NCBI GenBank assembly: GCA_951406725.2
Contig: OX597816.1
Coordinates: forward strand, 133,238,001-133,302,000
Source of the DNA: Octopus vulgaris
Taxonomy: Eukaryota
DNA length: 64,000 bases
Direction of reading: 5' to 3'
Shown here: one piece after another, positions 39,476 to 54,525 of the stretch
Layout: each line of letters begins with the position of its first letter
Position numbering within the stretch: the stretch's first letter is position 1
Notes under the pieces: model-generated
Databases searched by the model: none
What the model was told of the DNA's origin: nothing
The model's input: the letters and a program-made list of their open reading frames with translations, nothing else
Translations under genes and position numbers: made by a program

Positions 39476-40130
39476 TTACATATATACATACATAGACATA
39501 AAGACGTGAACATGCACATATAGAGTGAAAGAGATAAAAGAGAGAGCGTGAGAGAAAGTAAATTGAGGTATAGGAAGAAACAGGCCGAAAGTCAAATTAA
39601 GTCCCAGTGGACGTAAATGACATTTCAACAGCAAAGGATTAGAATTAAACAAAAAATTCAGCTACAAAAAGTAGCATTCACTAACATAACATAATAGAGC
39701 AAATAGATAAAGAGGCGACAGATAAAATAAATGAAACTGAAGGATAAGGAATATATATATGTAGAAAAAACAGTCAGAAAATTACGGCTAGAAGCTGTGT
39801 TCTTATATAATCGCCCAAAAGGCTTAAACTATGAAGGTCAAATAATTTTAGACGTTGTAAGAGAAACAGCCAAACTTTGTTCATATAATTGTTCGTTTAT
39901 TTTTGTACTGATTTTTGTAGCAACCATTTTTCCCCATTATTGTATGTGTATGTGTATGTTTACAAAAGTGTGTGTGTGTGTGCGTAAACACATACATACG
40001 CATACACATACAGCCCCAGTCACAGGCGGTACCCCAGCATGGTCACAGCTGTATAAACGAATATATTATATATATATGCATGTATGTATGTATGTATGTA
40101 TGTATGTATGTATGTATGTATGTATGTATG

Positions 40131-40243
<113 letters not shown>

Positions 40244-41132
40244 ATACATACATATACATATGCTTAGATATATATATACATATATATACATATATATATA
40301 CACACGCACAAACTTGCGTGTGTATGTGTGTGTGTGCGTGCGTGCGTGTGTGTGTGTGTTTTAATTTTCTTATCCTTATCTCTTCTTTGTCTCAAAGCAA
40401 ACGTTATTATAGCTGAAAGAACAAAGGTGCCATACTGTATGTGGGCAACGTCCCATTTCAACCGTTGCTATGACACCGTTCTTATGTGTAAAGCATAACG
40501 AGGCTGCGTCACTTCAGATAAAAGGGGAACCAAATTTCACCAAAGGGATATATTTAGTTTCGTGAAGTTTATCTCATAGTGTATGGATAAAGCTAAGTTT
40601 AATCAAATCATCCATTCAAATGCAAGTCCTAATACCACTGCTATAATACAACGTAGTGTCTGTGCGTATGTGTATGGGGTGTTTGTGTGTGTGTGTATGT
40701 ATGTATGTATGTATGTATGTATGTATGTATGTATGTATGTATGTATGTATGTATGTATGTATACGTTATATGTGGTCATTACATTTAAATGCATTACGTT
40801 AAGTGCACATTTAAATGTTTGTGAATAGGCATATATTTTCCCTTGTATGTGTGTGTGTCCATATATGAAATTATGAATTTGTTTTGCAAGATTCCTGATA
40901 TAAAATCGTGTGTTGAAACAGATATTGTTATATTTCGGGATGGTCTAAACAGAACAGGAGGAAACACGTGGATGGGAGAGTCGCTGAAGAGATCAGAGAT
41001 GTGCGACGAAAGATTTCCAGGCAATGGATATAAGATAAAATAAGAACAATAATAAACGAATGACGAACGGATATATAGTGCATGTGATTATTTGGCAAAA
41101 ACAAAAGAAGCAAGTCAATGACCATTCCGAAA

Positions 41133-41290
41133 TACAGGGGTTGGACAAAATAATGGAAACACCTTAAAATTTCAAAGAAATTTATTTTAATATGGGGTAG
41201 GACCACCTTTGGCATTAATTACAGCTTCAATTCTACAAGGTGTGAATTGTTTCCAAAGCAATTTTTGTCCATTCTTCAGCTAAAACAGTT
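41133..41290 (-). mobile_element. Tc1-like terminal fragment
   Basis: tacagggggttggacaaaataatggaaacacc TIR-like start, followed by the transposase 3' end on the minus strand (RIEAVINAKGGPTPY*). Confidence 0.7.
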
Positions 41291-41555
41291 TCCTATTTAA
41301 TATTTTTATATCAATGCTAGCAGAAATACTTGGCGTTGCTCGGGATTAAAATGGCATAGCTTTTTATTGTTTTACTTGTTTCAGCCATGTGACTGCAGCC
41401 ATGCTGAAGCACCGCCTTTAGTGGAACAAATCGAACCTAAGATTTATTTTTTGTAAGCCTACTACTTATTCTATCGGTGTCTTTTGTTGAACCACTAAGT
41501 TACAGGGATGTAAACACACAGAAACATCGGTTGTCAAGCGATGATGAGGGTCAAA

Positions 41556-41615
<60 letters not shown>

Positions 41616-41688
41616 TATACGACAGTCTTCTTTCGGTTTCCGTGTACGAAATCCACTCACAAAGCTTTGGTCGGCCTGAGGTAATAGT

Positions 41689-41719
<31 letters not shown>

Positions 41720-41794
41720 CATATACACATACACATACATATATAGAGAGAATTACATATATACACATATACATATATATACATATACACATGG

Positions 41795-41978
41795 AAAACC
41801 AGTCTCGTATTTAAGAGGCGCCACCTTGGGAAAATGGATTTGGTAGAATTTTTCAAGACGGAGAAAACAGAAAGAATTTCCAGTTTTATAAGCAGTAGCT
41901 TTGCTTATAACTTCCCACTCCACAGAAAAAACTTTCTTTTTTTGTCTTTTAGGTCCCAAATAAATTTACTGTATTGTG
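41795..41978 (-). mobile_element. Penelope-like GIY-YIG endonuclease C-terminal fragment
   Basis: SKFIWDLKDKK / FSVEWEVISKATAYKTGNSFCFLRLEK...LLNTR matches the PLE pattern IW.LK...W.I....Y......C.LC..EK...LN.R. Confidence 0.75.
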
Positions 41979-44900
41979 GGAGGGGGTTGTGTTTGTGTGT
42001 ATGTGTGTGTGTGTATAAATACATATATCTATGAATATATGTTCAGGATAAGATGTACATTTAAATATGCCTATAAATATGCATAGACGCACGTAATTTA
42101 TGAATGCATAAATATTGTGCAGAAAATTAAAAATTTCGAAAAACTGTCTGAATGTGATAGCAAACGAAGCTGGTTGTCTGTCGAAAATGAATAGTGTAAT
42201 TATTTTCATTTTTCCCTTCATTTTTGTTAAACTTATTTAGTAACGTTAAGTAAAAATTATTTTGGTATATAAGCGATCTTTCAGGTTTAAAACTTCTAGA
42301 TAGGGATTGCATTGATTAGTCTCAAAACAAAGAATGTCTTTTAACGGAAGAAGATGCTATGAAAACACACTCTTTGTTCTCTGTATAATTCGCTAAGCTA
42401 GAAAAGGATTTGTAATGATAAAGTTGTTTTCTGCTCGACTAGTGAAACCATAACCCAAAGTTGGCGAATATTCTCGAAAATAGTAAAAGGTGTGAATCCT
42501 ATTTGGTTACATACTCATACATTTTACACTGGATTCAGAATTTAAATCAATAGTTGATTAAACAGTCCCAAGAACCTGCATTGTGTGACACTTCATTAAA
42601 ATTGTTGATGATTAATCAATCTCATAAACCTTTTATCATTTACTCGTTTCTTGGGGGAGTTTTGTTCAACAACTTGCCACCAGCGCCTATATTTTTAAAG
42701 CCTGATACTTATTCTGTCGGTGACGACGATGTTTAACCTCAGTTCAATCGTGACTGAGCAAACCTATGACCGAAAGTGTTTCAGTCGTGACCATATCATT
42801 TTTTCAGTCTAACATGTGCCTTTATGATCGGTTGGCTGTGATTTCTAGCAGTGTATGACAGTGGCGAACATTTTTATCCAAAAGTGAACACAAGAATTCT
42901 ATTTCTACTTTCAGACATTTCATTTTATTTATTGTTTTTTTTCATTTAAGTTTCTGGAGAAAAGGCATGAAAGACAGCATTCCTTTCTCTGTGAATCACC
43001 TTGAATCATTGAATATTCATTGGCAGAAGATAAGATGTCAATGGATAAAAGCCACAATCCAATTGCTACTCTCGATTATTTAAAGTATTTAAGTTAATAT
43101 ACTTCCATTACGTGTCACCTCGATCAGAAGCCTCCTACTAAAGACCCGGACCGACTAGTACCTTGTGAATGGATGTGATAGATGGAAATTGTGTGGAAGC
43201 CCGACGTGTGTGTGTGTGCGTGCGTGCAAGTGTGTCTATGTCTGTGTTTGTCGCACAACCACCGACCGACAACCGGTGTTGGTTAGGTTACGTTCCCATA
43301 GCTTAGCGGTGAGATTAAGTACTATACTTAAAGAAACATAAGTACTAGGGTCGATTTGTTCGACTAAACCACATCAAGGCAGTGTTCCTGCATGGCCACA
43401 GTCCTGTGACTGAAACATGTAAAAGATAAAAGATATTTTTCTGAAAGGCTTGAATCTCACACACACACATTTTTTCTTATGAGAATCTGAAGTTACGCTA
43501 ATTTAAGAAATCCGTAGTTAATCTCCGAATGCAAATAAGCCAAATGATTCCAATTCGCTTTCTCATGGAAGACAATTCACTTCGTTTTCTTATTTTCCAT
43601 CAACAAAACATAAAAGCATGCGTGCCTAAATAACTGAAAAACGGTAACATAAATTATGCATTGAAATTTTCCTTTTGGTTAACTTACAATAAGGTGGTGA
43701 TGATAATGCAGACGTTAACCAACCGGACTAAAGGATGTCTCAGCCCCATATTCTCATTTCCAACCTCAGTAACATTTCATGCAATCCAGGTCGGATAGCC
43801 AAGGGTTAGATAAGGAAGTGGAGTCATACTATTTGTGAAGAAATTCTGTAAAAAGTATTTTCATAGGTCTGTCCCAAATATCCATAAGCTTTTTCTGACT
43901 TTTAGTTAACCCTTGTTTCATAAATTATAACTAATATAAAGTTTTCCTCTAAGTCCTAATTTACTCTGTGGTTGAAAAAAATTGGGACTGTATATCGTTT
44001 ATTGTGCCTGGATGCCAGGGAAACATGTTCAGTGTATCACATGCACGATACTCAGGACAGACAAAAGGTTAATGACATTACTATTCCTGAGGCTAATACG
44101 TTGCTTTCGCCCAGCTCTAATCGAAAAGGATCGATCTGTGCTGACAATGCTTTTTTTCATTTTTAGATTGTTAGGCAACTTCCTTCGTGGAAGAACGAAA
44201 AAGGTTAGTAATGCATTTTCTATTAGATTACCATTACAGTCGGTTTCCCCAAGGAAGCGTGATTGTTCCAACTTTATTTCTTATATAATATATATATTGC
44301 TAAGTTGAACTTTACAAGAAATGCAAAACATTTTCATAAGTTTATTTCAAACGTTCATGCTTGATTTCTGACTTTTATTTGGGTTTTGTTTCATATGTTC
44401 TGATGAGCATAAAACTTTTCTTTCAATAAGCTCATAAATTACTCTGGTGGTTGAAAAACATTGGGAATGTGTATTATGTACGATGCACTGACGCCAGAGA
44501 AACATGTCCTGTGTATAACATGTGATACACAAGAGGCAAAAGGTTGAAAAGGAAATCGTTGATTAATTTTCTAGTAGGTGGTGGAGTGGTAGAAATTGTG
44601 TAGTACCTGACCACATGCTTTTTGGAAATTAATCCCGTGTCCCTACTTTGTGTTCAAACCCCATCGGGGTTGACTCAAATATTAAATCTGTATCCCTGCT
44701 TTGTTTACAAATACCATCGGGATTGATTCTGATATTCATTGCTATATAGTCGATAGCATAAATACTAGTTGTGTATTGGATCGAATCATTTGCCTGTACC
44801 GATCCTATTTAGAAGCTATGTAAAAAATCTATGTAACCGTAATATATCAGTAAAAATTTTTATCTTTTATGGAAGCGGGCTTTGGAAGATGAAAGATGAG

Positions 44901-45090
44901 AATATTAACTATTATTTTTATCTTACAAAATAAAAGAATACTATATTAGTTTTGACTCTACAAACATTCTCAGAACTATACGGCTATTGTTGATAAGAAA
45001 TATACTTGAAGAAAAAAATGTTTGCTTATTTTCTGTGTTCCCTTCTATATGTTAACCTTTGCTACAACTCACCAAAATTCTTTTTTTTTT

Positions 45091-45441
45091 ATGATGGTGG
45101 TGATGATGATGGTGGTGGTGGTGGTGGTGGTGGTCGTCGTCGTCGTCGTCGTCGTGATGGTGGTGGTGGTGGTGGTGGTGGTGGTGGTGGTGGTGGTGGT
45201 GGTGGTGGTGGTGGTGGTGGTGATGATGATGATGATGGTAGTGGTGGTGGTGACGACGACGACGACGAAGAAGAAGAAGAAGAAGAAGAAGAAGAAGAAG
45301 AAGAAGAAGAAGAAGAAGAAGAAGAAGAAGAAGAAGAAGAAGAAGAAGAAGAAGAAGAAGAAGAAGAAGAAGAAGAAGAAGAAGAAGAAGAAGAAGAAGA
45401 AGAAGAAGAAGAAGAAGAAGAAGAAGAAGAAGAAGAAGAAG
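45091..45441. repeat. Compound trinucleotide array (GAT/GGT/CGT/GAC/GAA)
   Basis: Directly visible. Confidence 0.97.
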
Positions 45442-46774
45442 CTTGGCGGCTATAAATGCTTCGGACAAATTATAAAAACCATCTTCTGTATATGGTTAAC
45501 GTTAAACTCCAAGAAAGACATGGTATAGAATATTAGCGAGACGAGGCAAATTAACTTAAATCGAGGACATTAAATGAGATGCAGACATAGAAATTGGAGA
45601 AACAGGCCAGAAACAGCTGCACAAATAGTTCAGATTATGTTAAACTGATAAGCTACAACATATTGAAATGAAGAAGAACAGACAAGTGGACACTACAGAA
45701 TCAAAATATGATAATAGATATAAATAAATTAGCTATCTCAGTTATAAGCTACAGTTTCAACACAGTAAAATGGAAGTTAATTAGGCTGAAGAACTTGGAG
45801 AGAAAACGGAAAACTACTAGTAGTGTTCCGAAGTCGCCGTCACCACCACCACCACCACCCCAAAATTGATTTAAATAGGAAATGCATTGTCTGCATTCGG
45901 GGACTGGTGCAAACGAAAAAAAGAAAATATCACTAAACTGTGACAACAATAAGACGACGACATACTTAGAAGCAAGCCAAGAGAAACTGGTTAATGCAAT
46001 AAGGGAACATGAAGAAAACAAAACCGATTCTCTATATAAAAGAAAATAATAAAAGGCAAACTAGACGTTTAGTGCACCGAAAAAAATACTTGGATAAAGA
46101 CAAAGCAATAGAAATGTTTGAAAAACACAAACACAAAATCCAAGCAAAAAATCCAAAGTATTCTAAAGAAATAATGGAAAGAGAATCCATTTTCTGTTCA
46201 ATACTCTGCGATGCTCGATACAGAGGATGAAAGCCAACCCTAGCACAAAAGCTGTAGCGGGAACAGGAGGTATGATTTTAACAGCACAGGACTAACCAAA
46301 AATAACTATAAAAATAGAACTATTAAAAATAGGTGACAGAATAACAATGCACTTGGTGCAATGAAACAGTATATTACATCATTTCAGGCTTTCTGGGCAT
46401 TGCTTAGTCCGAAATTATTCACGAAGACAATATTATCGACAGCTATATCCACTTTAACAGAAAACTAATCAGTACTATAAACAGGATATATGACAACGAT
46501 TGGCGGCAATCCCCTGGGACATGACTTTCAAGACTGATGAAGAAATCAAGACAACCTGTGCAGATATAATAGCCAAAGGCTAGAACAGTAGATCTCAACG
46601 GGGGTCCATATTACTCTTAGGGGCCGCATACATCCTACGTAAAACACTTTCAATACAGTAACCATAAGAGCATCACAGCAAACCACAACACGTACCCAAG
46701 GCACACAGAGCTGTGCTAGGTAGTGCAGTGAAAGCACGTTATAAAAATAAGTGTACTCAATAATATCAATATCA

Positions 46775-46825
<51 letters not shown>

Positions 46826-46837
46826 ATAATAATAATG

Positions 46838-46890
<53 letters not shown>

Positions 46891-47206
46891 TAATAATAAT
46901 GTACTTTGTTATGTCTTGGATGCCCTGATGCAGTACCAGGCAGTTGCTCTCATGGCTTCTGATCTTAACTGATTGTTAAGTGTTATCATGTACATTGTTA
47001 TGTTTTGGTATAAAAGATAGGCTACACCAAATATTATGCTCAATACCACAGATTTGATTGTCGGTTGTTTGACCTTAACCAGTTGAGCATGTCCCTTAGT
47101 GGCTGACGATATGTGCATCTCTGATCACGAGCAGAAGTAGTGGGGGAACATCATAGCCATGTTTTGAGAGGGATTCTTTGGTCTTTGAATAATTCACCTC
47201 TGGAGA

Positions 47207-48325
47207 CGTGGGTGTTAACATCAAGAGAGGCATATTTCAAGGAGATAGCCTATCACCATTGCTGTTTGTGATTTGTATGATACCCCACACACAGATACTA
47301 TGGAAAGTGACATTGGGGTACACTTTGAAAAGTGGAAGAAAATTAAATCATCTGTTATATGTGGATGATTTAAAGAACTTTGGAAAAACCGAACGTAAAA
47401 TAAATGGCCTAGTTTCAACAGTGCAGATATTCAGTAAAGATATCGGAATGAAATTTGGGACAAAAAGTGGGGTATGCTTATAATACTAAGAGGCAAAATA
47501 GTGTTGTCTGATGGTGTAGAGCTACCCAACGGCGATAAAATCAAGGATATTGAGACTAACGGATATAAATATCTGGGGATTTTAGAATACGACAAAATCA
47601 AGGAAAGTGAAATGAAGGAAAGCTTTAGGTGAGAATATCTCAGAAGAACCAAGTTAATTATGGGAAACAGGCTCAATGGAAAAAACAAAATCAGAGCAGT
47701 GAATACATGGGCTGTTTCCTTAATGCGATACAGTACAGGTGTTGTTAGGTGGACAAAGAAGGAGCTTGAGGAAATGAACAGGAAAACTAGAAAAGTGATG
47801 ACAATCAACAAGGAACTGCACCCTAAAATCGATACTAACAGACTGTATATGCCTAGAAACAGGAGTGGAAGAGGTTTCATAGGATGCAAGATCTGTGTTG
47901 TCAACAATAAGAACAGTCTGTGATGGTACATCAAACAGCAGAGTGAATCCTTGCTTGCCGCTATTAGAATTAACAATATAATACCTACCGAAAATGTGAT
48001 GCACCCACTGACATTTAAGAAACAAGATGAAGAAGAAAGAGTAAACAACTGGAAAACGAAACCACTGCATGGACAATACCTCAGAGAAAACGAAGGAAAA
48101 CACAAGATCAGCACTTGGAGATGGCTAAGAAAAAGTGATCTGAAAGCATGCACTGCGGCATTGATAGGCAGCACCTAGGAACAAGCTCTGAGAACTAATT
48201 ACACCAAGTTCCAAATAGATAAGAGTAGAGAATCACCCCTTTGTAAGATGTGTGGTAGCAGAAACGAAACAAGTTCACATATTGTGAGTGAGTGTAGCAA
48301 GCTGGTCCAAAAACACTACAAAAGG
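47207..48325 (+). mobile_element. R4/Dong-like LINE RT and CCHC zinc-knuckle fragment (decayed)
   Basis: RGIFQGDSLSPLLFVICM, LNHLLYVDDLK, GYKYLGILE, LNGKNKIRAVNTWAV, RLYMPRNRSGRG, WKTKPLHGQY, CKMCGSRNETSSHIVSEC; contains stops and frameshifts. Older related debris at about 45450-46500 and 46900-47205. Confidence 0.92.
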
Positions 48326-49475
48326 TAGTGTAGACGCGCAAACTTGTACGACTTCAGTGGATCTATCGGTGACAATTGTCATGTACTTGATGCATTATAG
48401 AGCTGATTGGGAATAGGTCTGACGTCGAAGGAGTGCTTATCAATTTGGGCTAATCTAACGTTTTCTTCAAGGTCGACTATTTGTGAATTGTTCCAATGCA
48501 ACCTGATCACTATAATGTACAGCAACATCTATTTGTTGGTCAAATCAAACAGAGACCTTTCCAAAATGTTTCACACCGCTCACGGATATAGAACTGTTTC
48601 TTTACTCACAGACGTTATCTCTTTCATGGTGTTGAACACATTGGAAATCGAGATGATTGGCACCATACCAAAGGAATTTAGGTGGTTACGTGATCAAACA
48701 TTAATCAGTACAAATCTGTGGGCTTCTAAACATATTACGTCGGTTATTAAAGAAGAAAGGACGTGCAGATAAGAATTTCTTTTAATGGACCGAATGTACA
48801 GTTAAGGTGCTTGGAACCAAATTCGGACTGAATATTCAGATGGATAAAAGCTGGAAGTGATCGCGAGCAGTTAACAAGCCTCGCTTAGGAATGGGCGGAG
48901 AGGAAACCGTTCCCGAAAGGTCGGATGAGAGTAGCTAACGAATTCATCATGTTAGCAAGGTACTATTTCTTGATGATTGTCTTGTCTTAGGAAACCAAAT
49001 TGGAAATCATGCACTTTCATATCTTAAAGAAAGGAAACATTTCGCCCGTCAGAAGATTCATCTCGATTTTAGTAGTTAAAAAAAATGTTGTTTACGTATT
49101 GAGCATGTTGGCGGGCATTTTCAATCCCGAAATAATAAAATAAAACAAGCTCTTTATTCAAAAATATAGATTTTCTACGCACATTTGTTAATAGTTTGTT
49201 TAAACGGTATCAAAAAGTTAAAGATAATTTTGACGTTCGTTTTCTACAAAATACCGACACACAAACGTTTCAAACAACATTAAATAGAAATCTATTGGCT
49301 GCTGAATTAGACTCAATGAGTCTTGTATTTAGCAAACATAAATATGCATGCGCACAATAACAGCTACAACGATGACGAATATACATACACTCAGTTGCAG
49401 AACAAACAAACATACGCCCACTATCTCTCTCTATTTCTCTGTCTCCCTCCTTATCTCACTATGTGCGTATACATG

Positions 49476-49522
<47 letters not shown>

Positions 49523-49680
49523 ACACACACATATAGGTATCCCTTTGAAACTCTCTCGTTCTCTCTCCTCTTTCCCACACACTCTCTCTCTCTTGCTTTC
49601 GCTCTCTTTCTCTCCCACACACACTCTCTCTCTCTCTTTTTCTCGCTCTCTTTCTCTCCCACGCACTCACTCTCTCTCTT

Positions 49681-49722
<42 letters not shown>

Positions 49723-50245
49723 TTCTCTCTCTCTCTTTCTCCCGCACACTTTCTTTCTCTCTATCTCTTCCTCTCTCTCTCTCTCCCTCTCGCCTGTTTC
49801 TCTCCTTTTACTTACCACCAAGTTTACAAACATCTACAAAGATGTACATTTATGGCAAGATAAGGACCTCCCAAACGTTACCAAAAAAATATACCACTTT
49901 CCCTATTCATCCTAATTCATCAATGTTTTTCTTTCATAAAACGTACAGTTGCACTAAGGAAAATAAGTAAATAAACAAATAAACAAACAAACAAACAAAC
50001 AAACAAACAACCATCAAATACACAATTTCAAACCAGGGGTTATTCACTTGACAATATTTTGGATGAGCTCAAAGTCTGAAAAAATTTCCATTCAGTTCGT
50101 TGCATTTTATAACAAAATATTTCACTTTAACTATAGTTCTAACTTAGATTCAGATACATTATGTTCACGATATCAGGTATAGGCAAAACCGCGTCGTTAG
50201 GAAGAGTCCTTGATGATGTGGTTCCGAGTTCAATCCTGCAGTACC

Positions 50246-50305
<60 letters not shown>

Positions 50306-50542
50306 ATCATCATCATTATTATTATTATCATCATCATCATCATTATTATTATTATTATTATATAGTTTAGTTTAATCGTCGGTTTCATCAAGACTTCGTA
50401 AATGAAATTTAATTGACAGAACAGCTTATATGTGAGAATGTGTACATGGCGCGCGCGTGAGTGTGTGTGTAAATCAAAGTGGGTCGGTGTAATTGGCTTA
50501 CCTTCCCCCGAAATTGTAGACCTTGTACCAAAATGGGAAACC

Positions 50543-50677
50543 ATTATAGATCCATTACACCCGATCTTACAAATCGGTTTCACTTCGGACACAAGATAGC
50601 TGAACGGTTATCTAATGCATATGCTCTTCAGAGATAGCAGGTATGGAAAAAATATGCCCTTCTCTCTTTTCTTCTTC

Positions 50678-50747
<70 letters not shown>

Positions 50748-50879
50748 ATTATTCTTACGGACATTGCCCAATTTTGCCCTACCTGTAATTGCTGAAAAGC
50801 ACATGTATTAAATAACTGTCAGTTACTTAATGTCCGGTGCGAAACCGATTAGTTAGATTGGCTGTAATGGATCTATAAT
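50543..50879. mobile_element. Degenerate MITE with ~110-bp inverted arms around (TC)n
   Basis: attatagatccattaca...aatcggtttc...cggaca versus tgtccg...gaaaccgatt...tgtaatggatctataat. Confidence 0.75.
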
Positions 50880-51778
50880 ACTGCATACTTTGATCACTAT
50901 ACCCAATTTATTTGCAAATATACGTTGGTGAGTCTACAGATATGTTAACAGATATGCAGAGAGATATAATGATAGATGTTCAAGTAGATATGTAGTTGAA
51001 CTGAAATGAAAAGAAAAGAAGTATTCTCAATTGGTAAAAACTTGAACTGATTCTTAGTGGTAACTCGACCGCGAAAAGTATAGTTTTTTTTTATGTATAT
51101 GAATAAGTTTTATAATTTTTTTATTTCAGTAAACTATAAAGCATACCATATCTGTCAAAGATATTAAATAAGTTAAATAAGCAATATCTTCCAAGTTCAT
51201 TTAGATTATATTTAAAAGTACAGCTTTGATTAAATGGCAGAATTTCAAAAGAATTTTTTTGTAGAATCCTTACTAGTGTTTAATATTTTAATTTATTAAT
51301 GTTTTCAAATATACTGATTTTACATCCTGGAATTTCCACTGCTCCTGCCAGTGGAATATCATTAGGAATTGTATAAAAAAAAAATTTTGAAATATTTTTG
51401 TGAACTATTGAAATATAACCAATTTTACAATACATAAATTTTAACAACTAAATCTTGTATGGACCTTTAAGGGCCATATGGACCCCGGTCAAAAGCCACT
51501 GATAATACTTACCTGATTTCTAACAGACGCAAAAAGTGGTACGTGGCAGTTGCTTATTCCATGGCAGTTGATCATTCACAAAATGCTTTGTAATATTGAG
51601 TTACGATTCTTTAGGTAAAGATTTCAAATACTGCTGAAGTTGAGGGCGCCTGTCACTCTAAAAGTATCAATTAAATACTGCGGTCAAGCTGGAGCTCCAC
51701 CGTGAAAAATTCTTCCCCAAAAGTGGCTTAAACTCACACCTCCGCATAACTTCCGTCTTGTGGTTTGAAACACAAGGG

Positions 51779-51890
51779 AGAAGAAGAAGAAGAAGAAGAA
51801 GAAGAAGAAGAAGAAGAAGAAGAAGAAGAAGAAGAAGAAGAAGAAGAAGAAGAAGAAGAAGAAGAAGAAGAAGAAGAAGAAGAAGAAGAA
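51779..51890. repeat. (GAA)n microsatellite
   Basis: Directly visible. Confidence 0.97.
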
Positions 51891-52261
51891 TATACACACA
51901 TGCATACATAAATATACACGTACATGCATATAGTGTACCTTCATATATACACATGTACATTAACACACACATATAATGTTAACATCAGAAGGATTTTATA
52001 ATTTTTCGAGAGAGCGTGAAATGAAATTCTTTATGTAAAGTACTTCGAGATCCAATGTTTCAAAACAGAATTACCTCACGTTCTCTTGAAAGCTTATAAA
52101 ATTCTTTTGATGTCAACGACATGCAATTCTTGCAGGTAAAAATAAGCTTCTTAAGTGGGCTGAGAAATCAGAGGGCTTCATTTGGTCTAATAAAAGAACA
52201 TATAGCACATCTACAGATGTGGGTTCGTGACCGCGGGCAGCCTTCGACTTCTTTTTGTATC

Positions 52262-52307
<46 letters not shown>

Positions 52308-52601
52308 TTTTAAATATTAAAAAAAAATTCTGTTGGCCAGCTTTCCTCGATTTCAGCTCTACGTGTTTTCTGTAGCGAGTAAATAATATGTGGAAATTGA
52401 CGATTTAATAGAATGTTATCAGCATATTGGCATAGAAATAATTTTCTTTAGCCCTTGTTTATAAGTTATATATATATATACATTTGTATATGTATGTGTG
52501 CATGTATATATGTATACGTAAATGTCGAACAACGAGAATTATTAGGATATTTTTCTTGACATGAAACCAATAAACAAATAGCCTTAATAAACAAATATAT
52601 A

Positions 52602-52632
<31 letters not shown>

Positions 52633-52633
52633 G

Positions 52634-52696
<63 letters not shown>

Positions 52697-52825
52697 GCAT
52701 GCATACATACATACATACATACATACATACATACATACATACAAACATACATACATACATACATACATACATACATACATACATACATACATACATACAT
52801 ACATACATACATACATACATTCATA

Positions 52826-53035
52826 CGAGGGGTGCTGAAATGTTCCTGGCTTTGGGTAAAAGAAAATACAAGAGGATCAGTTAATTATGATTTTATTAAA
52901 CATATTCTCAGATTCAGACTCTCGTTGCAGCAGTCCTTCAGTTTCGCTAAGACCTGTAAAAGAGCTCCAAAGTTTGGTTTTCCAGCAGGCCTTTTGCGAT
53001 ACCCTTAAAGCCAGAAAGTTTTCAGCACCCCTTCG
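52826..53035. mobile_element. mariner-type MITE
   Basis: TIRs (ta)cgaggggtgctgaaatgttcctggcttt / aaagccagaaagttttcagcaccccttcg. Confidence 0.8.
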
Positions 53036-53178
53036 TGTGTGTGTGTGTGTGTAATGTTAATAAAACACTGGAGTGGTTTTATATATAGGGAGAATTCATA
53101 AAAAAAAAACAAAAGACGAAAACAGGTGGTGTAGACAACAAACAGATGTATTAGTTTAACGCTTGGGAAGTGAAAAAG

Positions 53179-53216
53179 TTTTTAACGTTTCGAGCCTACG
53201 CTCTTCCTCAGAAAGA
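53179..53216 (-). ncRNA. Minimal hammerhead motif (family H3) in a PLE-type LTR (about 53087-53280)
   Basis: tcttt-CTGAGGA-a-gagc gtag gctc-GAAAC-GTT|aaaaa. Canonical core, palindromic AACGTT, one mismatch in stem I. Confidence 0.72.
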
Positions 53217-53527
53217 AACGAGGAGAGAAAATAAAGAATGTGTAGTGGTTAGCGATCTATCATGGCGAAGGCCGGACAGAGGGGTCACACAGGAGAGCTA
53301 GGGAGAAGGGGAGATAACAAAGTGGTAGTGATCCCAAAACGAAGGTGCGCGTGCGTATGTATAAGAGAGTTTGTAGGTGCGTGTGTAGGTGTGTGGATGT
53401 GGGGCTGGGAAGTGGTCAGTGGTAGTGTGTGCGTGGTGATGTGATGTGATGCGATGTGATGTGGTATTGTGTGATATGGTGGTGTATGGTGTAGTGGTGT
53501 GTAGCGTGGTGTGGTGTGATGGTGTTT

Positions 53528-53598
<71 letters not shown>

Positions 53599-53928
53599 AT
53601 AAAATACACAAACTGGGACAAGAACGTGAAACATTTCGAAGACGACACAAAAAACACGGACGGGACTTTCGAAGCTCTCAGTCATCAGTCAAGATCCGGA
53701 TCATCTTCGCAATTTCGGCTGATATATATATATATATATATATATTCTTGTTTTGAATATCTGGCGTTTTTGTTATCTTTCATTCCATTATTATTTGTTC
53801 GTTCCCGTCTGGGCTATGAAAGGTCTTTGTATATTTTTGTTGGTCGTAATTATTCATACCAGTATGTAATACCTGACGAAGAATCTAATTTTTATTTCAT
53901 AAAGAGTTTTCCGTTGTGTGTGTGTGTT

Positions 53929-53959
<31 letters not shown>

Positions 53960-54023
53960 ATGTATGTATGTATGTATGTATGTATGTATATTATGTATGT
54001 ATGTATGTATGTATTTATATATG

Positions 54024-54080
<57 letters not shown>

Positions 54081-54085
54081 GTATA

Positions 54086-54525
54086 TCTCTCTCTATATAA
54101 ACGGCAGTTTGTCTGTCTGTGTGTCTGTGTGTCTGTCAGGTTGTACCCTCACCCTGACCACGGCTTTCAACCGATTCTGATGAAACTTGACACACACATA
54201 GCCCAATGTCATAATTCAAAACTAACGCAGCGAAAATTTTTAAAAGTTCCCCCAGTTCTGAAAAAAATCGATAAATTCGACATGGGGTCGAGAATCTAAG
54301 CTTTTTATATGCAACACATTTTCTGTCTAGGGGACACAATTCGACCTTTTTATCGCCCAAAGGGACAGCTAGGAACATCGTATACACAGAAGTATTCGAG
54401 TGAAGAGAAGACATTGCAACCTACACATGAACCTTCGTTCCCTAGAGGGAAAGGACTAGATTGGGATTAGTCGTTGCCTACTAGGGGCTCTTACATACCC
54501 GGGCAACGCCGGGCTATGCTGCTAG
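54086..54525 (+). mobile_element. Non-autonomous Helitron-like element
   Basis: A|TC start; subterminal hairpin cccgggcaacgccggg; CTAG|T end. Confidence 0.8.

Noticed and set aside
53660-53700. CTGATGA...GAAA on the minus strand
   Set aside because: No convincing stems I-III, and the second copy (10985-11010) lacks GAAA.
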